From Myxococcales bacterium (GTDB lineage: Bacteria; Myxococcota; Myxococcia; Myxococcales; UBA5297): a stretch of DNA of 64,000 bases. A model generated the notes under the pieces. That model saw only the letters and a list, made by a program, of their open reading frames with translations. It searched no databases and had not been told where the DNA came from. Made by a program: the position numbers and the translations under genes. Below are positions 17,605 to 26,493 of the stretch, piece by piece (position 1 is the first letter of the stretch; each line of letters begins with the position of its first letter). The DNA is taken from positions 2,004-66,003 of the forward strand of contig JBMNNX010000004.1 of assembly GCA_050942745.1 (NCBI GenBank), written 5' to 3'.

Positions 17605-19484
17605 ATGCAGGTCTTCCTCAACGGCAAGCGCGTCAAGCTCGACCCCGCGCGCTCGCTCGGGAAAGGCGGCGAGGCCGACGTCTTCGACATCGGCGGCGAC
17701 CGTGCCCTCAAGCTCTTCAAGACGCCCGACCACCCCGACTACCAAGGCCAGCCGCACGAGCAGCAGGCGGCCGAGGCGCGCCTCGCCGAGCAGCAGCGCA
17801 AGCTGCGCGCTTTTCCAGCGCGGCTCCCCGCCGCGGTCGTCGCGCCGGAGGAGCTCGCGACGGACAAGGCCGGGCGCCGAATCCTCGGCTACGCGATGCG
17901 CCGCGTCGCCTCGACCGAGCCGCTGCTGCGCTTCGCCGACCCCGCCTTCCGCCGCGCCGGCGTCCCCGGCAACCAGGTCGTGCGCGTCTTCGAGCGCCTG
18001 CACCGCGCCGTCGAGGAGCTGCACCGCGCCCAGGTCGTCATCGGCGACTTCAACGATCGCAACGTGCTCGTCTGCGGCGAAAAGCCCTTCCTCATCGACG
18101 CGACAGCTTCCAATTCGCGGGCTTTCTGTGCGGCGTCTTTACCGATCGCTTCGTTGATCCACTGCTGTGCGATTCACAGGCGCCGGCGCTGATCCTCGAG
18201 CGGCCGCACACCGCGGAGTCCGACTGGTACGCCTTCGCCGTGCTGCTGATGCAGTCGCTGCTCTTCGTCGGGCCCTACGGCGGAGTCCACAAGCCGAAGG
18301 ACCCCGCGCGCCGGGTGCCGCCGTCGGCGCGGCCGCTGCGCCGGCTCACAGTCTTCCACCCCGAGGTCGTCTACCCCAAGCCCGCGGCGCGCCTCGACAC
18401 CCTGCCCGACGAGCTGCTGCAGGTCTTCCACCGCGTCTTCGAGCACGACGAGCGCGCCGCCTTTCCGCTGCCGATCCTTCAATCGCTGCGCTTCGAGGCC
18501 TGCCCGCGCTGCGGAGTCGAGCACGCCCGGCTCGTCTGTCCTGCCTGCAGCCCGAGCGCGGCGATGCGGCCGAGCGTGGCTATCGAGGTGCGCGGCGAGG
18601 TCGTCTGCCGCCGCCTCCTCCAGACGCGCGGGCTCATCGTCCACGCCGCCGCCGATTCCGGGAAGCTGCGCTGGATAGTCCACGAAGCCGGCGCCTATCG
18701 CCGTGAGGACGGGCGCGAGGTGCTGCGCGCGCCGCTCGATCCGCGCCTGCGCTTCGGCACCCTCGGCGACCGGACGCTCATCGGGCGCGGCGCCGAGCTG
18801 CTCACCGTCTCGGCGAGCGGCGAGGAGCGCCTCGCCGTCGACGCCGGGCGCGGGCCGGTCTTCGGCGCCGACGGCGAGCGTCGGCTCTGGGTGTGCGACG
18901 GGCGCCTGTGGCGCGACGGCGACGTGCGGCTCGCGGGCAGGGCCGAGCCCGAGTGCGTCGGCGAGGTGCTCGCTGGCCAGACGCGGATCTGGGCCGGGCC
19001 GCGCTTCGGCCTCGGCCTCTACCGCGCCGGCGCGCTCTCGGTCGCCTTCCTCTTCGAGGGCCGGCGGCGCGGCCTGAACGACTCGCTGCGCCTGCCTGCG
19101 CTGCGCGGCGAGCTGCTCGACGCCGAGTGCTTCCTCGACGAGCAGCGCGCGTGGCTCCTGCTCGCCCTGAGCGCCGGCGGCCGCACCCGCAACCTCTGCC
19201 TGGTCTGGTCGCGCGCCGGCGAGCTCGAGGCGTGCGCCGAAGCCGAAGCGGGCGACGGCGGCTGGCTCGGGACGCTGGGGGCCAAGGTCGCCACCGCCGG
19301 GATGCTGCTGGCCGCGACCGACGCCGGCCTGGTGCGCCTGGAGGTGCGCGGCGGCCGCGTCGAGAAGACCCGCGAGTTCCCCGACACCGAGCCCTTCGTC
19401 AGCGCCGACTGCCGGTTGCTGATCGGCCCAGACGGCCTGGCCGTGGTGAAGCCCCGAGAGATCGCAGTCCTGCAGATGAAGTGA
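17605..19484 (+). pseudogene. YegI/TerY-P-type atypical Ser/Thr kinase with C-terminal zinc ribbon; reading frame broken by a 1-nt deletion near 18100-18101
   Basis: N-terminal part sits in the frame of ORF 16843..18192 (MQVFLNGKRV...GKGGEADVF...ALKLF...VIGDFNDRNVLVCGEKPFLIDA). It continues in the frame of ORF 17070..19484 (DSFQFAGFLCGVFTDRFVDPLL...CPRCGVEHARLVCPAC...). Restoring one base gives LIDADSFQF. Confidence 0.75.
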
Positions 19485-19502
19485 ACCGAAAGGAGAGGAA
19501 CG

Positions 19503-20561
19503 ATGCCCGCCAAGACGCTGCCCTTGCCGCCCTTCTTCGAGCCGAAAAGCGCCGAGCGCTATGACTACAACCCCGACCAGCAGCGCCTCTTCGTCGAGGC
19601 GGCGCGCTGGCGCCGTGCCCACGGGATAAGGCCTTCGGGCTCGGACAAGCGCAACATCCACCTGCTGCTCATCGACCTGCAGAAGGACTTCTGCTTCCCC
19701 GAGGGCACGCTGTACGTCGGCGGGCGCAGCGGCCGCGGCGCGCTCGAGGACAACCGGCGCATCGCGGAGCTCATCTACCGCAACCTCGCGCACCTCACGC
19801 AGATCACGGCCACGATGGACACGCACTTCGCCTTCCAGATCTTCTTCCCGTCGTTCTGGGTTGACGCGAACGAGCAGCCGCTCGCGCCGTACCGCGAGGT
19901 GACGGTGGAGCAGATCGACCGCGGCGAGGTGCGCCCGAACCCGGCCGTCGCCGCGTGGCTGTGCAACGGCAACTACCCGTGGCTGCTCAAGCAGGCGCGC
20001 CACTACTGCGCCGAGCTGGAGAGGAGCGGCAAGTACCGGCTCTACCTCTGGCCGCCGCACTGCATCCTCGGCAGCGCCGGGCACGCGCTGGCCGGCGTGG
20101 TCCACGAGGCGCGCATGTTCCACTACTACGCGCGCGGCGCGCAGTCCTGGGTCGAGGTCAAAGGCGGGAACGCGCTCACCGAGAACTACTCGGTGCTGCG
20201 GCCCGAGGTGCTCACGCGGCACGACGGCGCGCCGCTCGCTCAGCGCAACACCGCGTTCGTCAAGACGCTGCTCCAGTCCGACGCGGTGATCATCGCCGGC
20301 CAGGCCGCCAGCCACTGCGTCAAGTCGACCATCGAGGACCTGCTCAACGAGATCGCCGCGCAGGACGCGGCCCTCGCGCGCAAGGTCTACATCCTGGCCG
20401 ACTGCATGTCGGCGGTGGCCATCCCCGACGGCAAGGGCGGCTTCACCGCCGACTTCACCCCGGAGGCGGAGCGGGCGTTGCAGACCTTCGCGGCCGCGGG
20501 AATGCACGTGGTGCGCTCGACCGACCCGATGGGGAGCTGGCCGGACATGCGGCTGGATTGA
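19503..20561 (+). CDS. Isochorismatase-family hydrolase, nicotinamidase-like (long form)
   Basis: 352 aa. Catalytic-triad context LLLIDLQKDF (Asp), ASHCVKST (Cys) and an MDTH metal-site-like motif. RBS aaaggagagg. Starts 18 nt after the kinase stop. Confidence 0.8.
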   Translation: MPAKTLPLPPFFEPKSAERYDYNPDQQRLFVEAARWRRAHGIRPSGSDKRNIHLLLIDLQKDFCFPEGTLYVGGRSGRGALEDNRRIAELIYRNLAHLTQITATMDTHFAFQIFFPSFWVDANEQPLAPYREVTVEQIDRGEVRPNPAVAAWLCNGNYPWLLKQARHYCAELERSGKYRLYLWPPHCILGSAGHALAGVVHEARMFHYYARGAQSWVEVKGGNALTENYSVLRPEVLTRHDGAPLAQRNTAFVKTLLQSDAVIIAGQAASHCVKSTIEDLLNEIAAQDAALARKVYILADCMSAVAIPDGKGGFTADFTPEAERALQTFAAAGMHVVRSTDPMGSWPDMRLD

Positions 20562-20589
20562 CGGGCCGGCGAGACGCCGAGTCTCCCAA

Positions 20590-20881
20590 CCTCGGCGGCG
20601 GTCGACGGGAGGAAAGAACGAAGGGGAGGCGAGCAAACCGACTGGAGGGCGGAGCTCCAGGTGCGCCACCGCCGGTGCCCGGCGCGAGCGCTCGAGCAGC
20701 GTGGGCGGGACGGAGGCGGTCGCAGGCTGGGCCGGCGGGACCTCGGTGGCGTTCGACGGGCGGAGGAGAAGCAAGGGGAGGCGACCAAACCGATGGAGGG
20801 CGGAGCTCCGACTCCGCCACCGCCGGTGCCCGGCGCGAGCGCTCGAGCAACGTGAGCAAGACCGAGGCGGTCCCAGGCTGG
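20590..20881. repeat. Tandem duplication of a ~140-bp intergenic unit (copies 20590-20729 and 20741-20881)
   Basis: Both copies read cctcgg.ggcg.tcgacggg...aaggggaggcga.caaaccga.tggagggcggagctcc...gccaccgccggtgcccggcgcgagcgctcgagca...aggcggtc.caggctgg. Related motifs occur at 14364-14400 and 24326-24385. Confidence 0.8.
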
Positions 20882-20997
20882 AGCGGCAAACGCCCGCCCC
20901 CCTTACCTCGCGTCCGGCGGTCGCGGGTTGGAGACGGCGGTCGAGAGGCTGGCGGTCCTGAGAGGGCTGAAGTGCAAATCGAACGGAGGAGCAGCAA

Positions 20998-21791
20998 ATG
21001 AGCTCAAAAGCGAAGAAGCCGGAAGTCGTGAAGCTGTTCGAAGAAGCCGAGGCCGAAGGTGTGCTGTCGCCCGAGTCGATGCAGGTGCTGGGCGCGGTCG
21101 ATCTCGGCGCGCAGATCCAGGCGGGCCTGGGAATCGGCGTTGACGACGTCGAGGCGAGCGAGGTGCTGCTGCTGACGGTGATGCCCGACGACTCGGGCTC
21201 CATCGCCGCGGCCGGCAACGAGCAGGCGGTGCGCGACGGGCACAACCTGGTGCTCGACGCGCTGCTCGAGTCGAAGCAGCGCGACTGCATCCTCGCCCAC
21301 ACCCGCTACCTCAATGGCGAGGTGCTCTTCCCGTACCGGCCCATCCTCGAGGCGGTGCGGATGACGCGGCAGAACTACCAGGCGAACCTGGGCACGCCGC
21401 TCTACGACCAGGCGGTCGTGCTGCTCGGCTCGGTGCTCGCCAAGACGCAGGAGTTCAGCTCGAACGGGGTCGCCGTGCGGTCGGTGACCCTGCTCATCAC
21501 CGACGGCGCCGATCAGCACTCGGTGCGCTCGAAGCCGCGCGACGTCGCCGCGCTCGTGCGCGATCTGCAGCGGGCCGAGAGCCCATCGTCGCCGCGATGG
21601 GCATCGCCGACGGGTTCACCGACTTGCGGCGCGCGTTCCGCGAGATGGGAATCGAGGACCGCTGGATCCTCACGCCCGGCAACAGCCCGAGCGAGATCCG
21701 CGGGGCGTTCCAGGTCTTCTCGCAGTCGGCCGTGCGCGCGAGCCAGGCCGCCTGTTTCAAGCAGGCTGCGCTGGGCGGCTTCGTCAACTGA
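20998..21791 (+). pseudogene. von Willebrand factor A domain protein (TerY/YegL-like); frame broken by a 1-nt deletion near 21583-21584
   Basis: ORF 20998..21876 is vWA-like up to VTLLITDGADQHSVRSKPRDVAALVRDLQRAES, then turns to junk. The natural C-terminus (IVAAMGIADGFTDLRRAFREMGIEDRWILTPGNSPSEIRGAFQVF...) is in ORF 21597..21791. The break is at a C-run (agcccatc). Confidence 0.7.
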
Positions 21792-21865
21792 CGTCCGGCT
21801 AGCCCGCGGCGCCGGCGAGGGCGGCGCCGCGGCGAGCTCGGGTACAAGGCTCCGAGGAGCGCATC

Positions 21866-22944
21866 ATGAGCCCTGAAGCCGTGAGCGCCGCCGGAAGCGC
21901 GGCGCGGGAGCGCGACCCCGAAGACTTGGTCACCGGAACCCTGCTCGGGACCGCGCTCGGCGACGCCCTCGGTCTTTCGGCCGAGGGGATGAGCGCGGCG
22001 GCGCTGCAGCGGCCTTTCGGGACGCTCGACCGCTTCCGGCTCCTCGGGCGCACCGGGTTCGTCTCCGACGACACGGAGCAGAGCGCGCTGGTCGCCCAGT
22101 GCCTCGTCCGCGCGCGGACGGCTTCGGCCGAGGTCGACGCGCGAGCGCTGTGTCCGACTGTTTCGGCGCGCGCTGGCCGGCTGGCTCCTGCGGCTGCCCT
22201 TCGGCATCGGCCTGGCGACCGCGCGTGCCTGTCTTCGCGCCCTGACCGGCGCGCGGGTGACCGGAATGCGGAGCGCGGGCGCCGGCGCCGCGATGCGCGC
22301 GCCCATCGTCGGCGCTGCGCTGCGCGATTCTCCCGACCTTCGGCGCGAGCTGAGCCGGCGGCTGGCGCAGGTGACGCACCTCGCTCCGCGCGCGGTAGAC
22401 GGAGCGGTCTACGCGTCCGATCTCGCGGCCCTTGCCGCCTCGGCCTCGAACGGTGCCGCGCCGCTCGAGCTCGCCGAAGGAGCCGCGCGCGCTGTCGCAG
22501 GGGGCGAGCTCGCGCGAGCGATCGCGCGGTCGGCGACGGCTGACCCGCGATTCGGCGGAGCTGCCGCAGGCCGCGGCCGAGCTCGGGACGTCGGCGTTCG
22601 TCATGCACACCGTGCCGCTTGCGGTCTTCTGCTTTGCGCGCTGGGGACGCGAGGCGCTCGTCGCCATCCAGCGCGCAATCGCCGCCGGTGGGGACACCGA
22701 CAAGACCGCGGCTATCGTCTGCGCGTGGGGCGGGGCTTTGGGCGGCGCGGGCTCGCTGCCGGGCGCGCTCATCGCGCGGATCAACGACGGACCTTTCGGT
22801 CCGTCGCATCTGCGCGCCCTGGGGCGGGCGATTGCACTCGGAGGACCTGCGCCGCGCTATTCAGAGGCCTGCGCGTTCGCGCGCAACCTCGCGCTCCACC
22901 CGGTCGTCCTCGCGCACGGTCTGGGGAGGCTGGTGCCCTGGTAG
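21866..22944 (+). pseudogene. ADP-ribosylglycohydrolase (DraG/ARH family) with two apparent +1 frameshifts
   Basis: Three ORF pieces in three frames. 21866.. carries LGTALGDALGLSAEG and SDDTEQSALVAQCL. 22257.. carries FRRALAGWLLRLPFGIGLAT and SAGAGAAMRAPIVG. 22432..22944 carries GTSAFVMHTVPLAVFCF and AGGDTDKTAAIVCAWGGALGG. The breaks lie at about 22105-22155 and 22530-22560. Confidence 0.7.
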
Positions 22945-23056
22945 CACTGCGTCGCCACACACCTCCAGTGCGCCGACAGCCTTGTCGCTGAGTAAGCGCG
23001 CTGCCACAATCGGCCCGTCAGGAATTGGGGGCCGGACAAAACAAGGGTTCCAGCAC

Positions 23057-24169
23057 ATGAATCTCTTTCGAGTTGTCGCCGCCAGCGCTGCCATCGCCGT
23101 TGTCTCGGGGTGCGCCACCGTGAAGGTCGATCCCGGCCGCTGCGACAGCGTCTCGTCGGTCGCGGTCGTCGGCTACGACGTCGATTTCCTGCGCAATGCC
23201 CAGGAGAGCCCCAACGAGATCGTCAACATCATCAATACGGCCAAGGCCATCACGCAGCTCGCCTCCGGCGACTACGCGCGTCAGGAGGAGGAGCAGTCGG
23301 TCATCGCCTACGGCGTCATCGTCGAGGGCCTCGCGAAGGAGTTCGGCTGGAAGATCGTGCCGTACGAGCAGGTGGTCGCGAACCCGGTCTATCGGCGGCT
23401 GCACGAGAGATACAAGAACCGTATGTCGAACGGCATCCCGCGGATGACGGACCTGCTCGGCGGAGGCGCGTCACGCTCCTTGGAGCCGGCCGAGCAGGCG
23501 GAGCTGGCCCAGGCGCTCGGAGTGGAGGGGCTCGTCGCGCTGGAGGTCTCGTACCGGCGGACCCGGTGTGCCGAGTTCCACGTCAACTACGCGGACGTCG
23601 GCCACGACCACCTCCAGGCGCGCATCCAGCTCACCGTCATGGACGGAAACGAGAAGCCTGCCTGGCGCGACACCAACGCGGTCGGCGATCCGTCGGTGAC
23701 GCGGATGCCGGTGGTGATGGGGGTCGAGACGGATTCGAACCTGAGCCAGGCGATGCGAGAGGCCACCGTATCTGCGGTCGGCACGCTGTTCGGCCGCTTC
23801 GAGTTCGCGCGCGCCGACGCGCAGAGGCGGGCCGCTGCTCAAGCGGCTGCAGGCCAACCGGCGGACGCGCAGTCGCCCGAAGCTGCGACCGCGGCGACTG
23901 CGCCGGCTCCGGCAACTCCGGCGACCGCGCCCGAGGCGGCGCCGGTCACGACTCCGGCGGTCGAAGCCGCGCCGGCTGCGGCTCCTGTGGCCGAAGCCAC
24001 GCAGGATGCGGCTCCTGCGGCCGAAGCCACGCAGGATGCGGTGCCTGCGGCCGAGTCGCAGGCGCCCGAGGCTGCGCCGGCCACAGCTCCCGCCGGCGAG
24101 CCGCCCGTGCCCGAGGCCGCGCCTGCGGCCGCTCCGGCGACCGAAGCGCCTGCGCCGCAGGCCGAATAG
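23057..24169 (+). CDS. Lipoprotein of unknown function with an Ala/Pro-rich low-complexity C-terminal tail
   Basis: In frame in ORF 22619..24169. Signal/lipobox MNLFRVVAASAAIAVVSGC. About 260 aa of globular sequence, then an APAPATPATAPEAAP... tail. Confidence 0.75.
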   Translation: MNLFRVVAASAAIAVVSGCATVKVDPGRCDSVSSVAVVGYDVDFLRNAQESPNEIVNIINTAKAITQLASGDYARQEEEQSVIAYGVIVEGLAKEFGWKIVPYEQVVANPVYRRLHERYKNRMSNGIPRMTDLLGGGASRSLEPAEQAELAQALGVEGLVALEVSYRRTRCAEFHVNYADVGHDHLQARIQLTVMDGNEKPAWRDTNAVGDPSVTRMPVVMGVETDSNLSQAMREATVSAVGTLFGRFEFARADAQRRAAAQAAAGQPADAQSPEAATAATAPAPATPATAPEAAPVTTPAVEAAPAAAPVAEATQDAAPAAEATQDAVPAAESQAPEAAPATAPAGEPPVPEAAPAAAPATEAPAPQAE

Positions 24170-24568
24170 CCGCAGGACCTCCGAACCGCGGGCTCGCTTC
24201 GAGGCCGCAAGCAATCGCAAACGAGGCGCCGGCCCTGAGTCGTGGGGCCGGCGCTCCTGTTCTTGGCGCTCGCCGTCTTGTTCGTCCGGCCACGTTCGCT
24301 GGCGCCGGCACGAAGTGCGCCGATCCGACCGATGGACGGGGCTCCAGCTCTGCCACCGCCTCGGGCCCAGCGCTCGGTCAGGTGCCCACACCGTGAGTTG
24401 GCGGCCGCGCGAAGGGAAAGTGGTGGGGAGCGCGGGATCGCCCCTCACTTCGGGGCGACCGATGGTCGCCCCTACGCTCCTAATTAACACCTTCATCTGT
24501 GCGAGGTCGTAGCTGCCCAAGAGCCCGCGAAGAGCTCGGCGTGGCCGCGACGGGCTCTCGCCCCCGGC

Positions 24569-24642
24569 CTCGCAAGCTCGGCCTGCTGCGCCTGTCGAAG
24601 GGGCTCGGGCTGACGGGTGTTGGTTCAAGGCCACAGCCGGCC
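24569..24642. repeat. 74-bp dispersed repeat, family B, copy 1
   Basis: cgcaagctcggcctgctgcgcctgtcgaaggggctcgggctgacgggtgttggttcaaggccacagccggcc. By eye about 85-90% identical to 25464-25537, same orientation. Confidence 0.8.
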
Positions 24643-24769
24643 AACGGACCGGAGACAAGCTCGGAGTGTCCGGGCGGCGCGAGGTCCGAGGAGCGCACGG
24701 GCGCGCGCTGCTTGGTTGCGTCGCGTCGGCACGTCTCAACCTTTGATGGAGGAGGGCGAGTGCGACGCT

Positions 24770-25171
24770 ATGGGCGAGCGGACGATGATCGACCTCAGGC
24801 GCCTGCCGGACCTGGACTGCACGCTGGTCCTCGCCGGGACGGAACAGGAGGTGATGCACGCGGCGGGCACGCACCTGAGGACGATCCACGGCATGGACGA
24901 GGAGCCCGATCTCGCCGAGCTCCTGCGAGGCGCGCTGGAGGAAGCGCGTCCGATTCCTGCGGCGCCCGGCCGCAAGGTCTTCGACTTTCGCGACTTCGCT
25001 GGCGGAGCGGGCTCGCTCACTATCGAGGGTGGCGAAGAGGAGGTGTTGGAGGTCGCCTCCGCGCACGCAGTCTCGGCGCTCGGCTATCCCTACACCGCGC
25101 GGCTCATCGGCGCGCTGCACGAGCGGATTCGCGAGCGGGCGCCGGGTGAGATCCAGCCCGAGGCGCCTTGA
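24770..25171 (+). CDS. Small DUF1059-like protein (two degenerate repeats)
   Basis: In frame in ORF 24617..25171. DLDCTLVLAGTEQEVMHAAGTHLRTIHGMD resembles the DUF1059 pattern, and a second similar half follows (LTIEGGEEEVLEVASAHAVSALG). The start is uncertain (24746, 24770 or 24785). Confidence 0.5.
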   Translation: MGERTMIDLRRLPDLDCTLVLAGTEQEVMHAAGTHLRTIHGMDEEPDLAELLRGALEEARPIPAAPGRKVFDFRDFAGGAGSLTIEGGEEEVLEVASAHAVSALGYPYTARLIGALHERIRERAPGEIQPEAP

Positions 25172-25172
25172 G

Positions 25173-25235
25173 GCGCCCTTCGACTCCGTTCCTGGCGCTC
25201 GCCCGTCGGGAGCTGCGCTCCTGGCCAAGAACAGG
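25173..25235. repeat. Solo copy of the family A hairpin repeat
   Basis: gcgcccttcgactccgttcctggcgctcgcccgtcgggagctgcgctc... matches the 9112-9480 units. It lies immediately after the DUF1059-like stop. Confidence 0.7.
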
Positions 25236-25463
25236 CCGCCGGGACGGCGGCCTTCCCTCCTCAATCGCGACCTCTCTTCACAAATCCCGTCGCCGGATGT
25301 GACCTCGCCGCGAATGGATGCGTGTGTGGCGGCAAGATTGCCGCAGGTGGGGAAGGTGGAGCAACACCAGATCCGCCACTCGTCGTTCGGGCGACCGCAA
25401 GAGACCTGTCGCCGCGACACGACGCGGAGCTGGAGCTCCGCGGTCCATCCGTTCGGTCGAGGC

Positions 25464-25537
25464 GTCGCAAGCTCGGCCTCCTGAGCCTGTCGCTGTGGCT
25501 CGGGCTGACCGGTGTTGGTTCAAGGTCACAGCCGGCC
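25464..25537. repeat. 74-bp dispersed repeat, family B, copy 2
   Basis: cgtcgcaagctcggcctcctgagcctgtcgctgtggctcgggctgaccggtgttggttcaaggtcacagccggcc. Direct repeat of 24569-24642. Confidence 0.8.
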
Positions 25538-25547
25538 CGGCCTGCGC

Positions 25548-25868
25548 TCAGTGGCGAAGCTGGGAGAGGTCGAAGAAGAGGTCTACGTCCTCTTCGCAGA
25601 TGACGCAGGCGCAGCGCACGACGCGCAGGCCGGGGCGGCTGCCTTCGCCGATTCGGTCGAGCAGCCCTCCACAGGGGCAGCGGAAGGTGTCTACGGCCTC
25701 GTCCATCTCGGTGAACGAGGCGATGGTCAGCGGGTTGTCCGGGCTCATGCCAGGCTGCTGCTCGAGCGCGTGCGCGTGGCGCTTGGCGGACCTGCGAGCG
25801 GCGAACGCACGCCACCCGGTGAAGGCGAGGGCGGCGAGCAGGGCGACGGCGATGAGCAGACCGGACAC
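25548..25868 (-). CDS. Small membrane-anchored zinc-ribbon-like protein (hypothetical)
   Basis: 3' part of ORF 25548..26051. GTG at 25868 is preceded by GGAGG-N8. One TM helix (SGLLIAVALLAALAFTGW), then CPCG...CACVIC cysteine pairs. Confidence 0.45.
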   Translation of the reverse strand: MSGLLIAVALLAALAFTGWRAFAARRSAKRHAHALEQQPGMSPDNPLTIASFTEMDEAVDTFRCPCGGLLDRIGEGSRPGLRVVRCACVICEEDVDLFFDLSQLRH

Positions 25869-26022
25869 GTCGTTGGCCTCCGGAGGCTTACCAGAACAGC
25901 GCGCCGACCTTATCCCTTCTCGACTCGAGGGTGTGTGCGCCGCAGGCCGGCGAGCGCCGGAGCGCTCGCTTTGCCCCGCGCCGCGAGCGGGTGGAGACCC
26001 AGGCAAGAGGAGCGGGCAGCCC

Positions 26023-26493
26023 GTGGACATTCTCGTCTTCGAGGTCGGCAAGCAGCGCTACGGAATCTCGACGCAAGACGTGCAGGAGATCGTGCGCGTG
26101 GTGGCCATCACGCCGCTGCCCAACGCCCCCGCCATCGTCGAGGGCGTCATCAACCTGCGTGGCGCGGTAGTGCCGGTGCTTGACGTCCGGGCGCGGTTCG
26201 GCCTGCCTGCCAAGGCGCCTATGCCCTCGGACCAGCTCGTCATCGCCTACGCCGGCTCGCGCCGCGTCGCCCTTCGGGTGGACCGCGCGCTCGAGCTGAT
26301 TTCGATCGATCCGGCGGAGGTGACCCCCGCGCACCTGCTCGCCCGCAGGGTCCAGTACCTCGCCGGCGTCGCGCGGCTCCCCGACGGCCTGCTGCTCATC
26401 CACGACCTGAACACCTTCCTGTCGCACGCCGAGGCCGAGAAGCTCGACGCGGCCAGCGCGCGAGGGGGGCGGCATGCAGACGAGGTGGAGTGA
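26023..26493 (+). CDS. cheW: CheW-like coupling protein
   Basis: In frame in ORF 25318..26493. VDILVFEVGKQRYGISTQDVQEIV...IVEGVINLRGAVVPVLDVRARFGL. GTG start at 26023 after GAGGAG. Confidence 0.85.
   Translation: MDILVFEVGKQRYGISTQDVQEIVRVVAITPLPNAPAIVEGVINLRGAVVPVLDVRARFGLPAKAPMPSDQLVIAYAGSRRVALRVDRALELISIDPAEVTPAHLLARRVQYLAGVARLPDGLLLIHDLNTFLSHAEAEKLDAASARGGRHADEVE

Noticed and set aside
18174-21302. 1042-aa minus-strand ORF
   Set aside because: It is antisense to the kinase, the isochorismatase-like gene and the repeat region. It has no motifs and a shadow-frame composition.
24618-24640. ggttcaagg T-loop-like motif as a tRNA or tRNA fragment
   Set aside because: The flanking bases do not form a T stem or an acceptor stem in either copy. 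No cloverleaf can be drawn.
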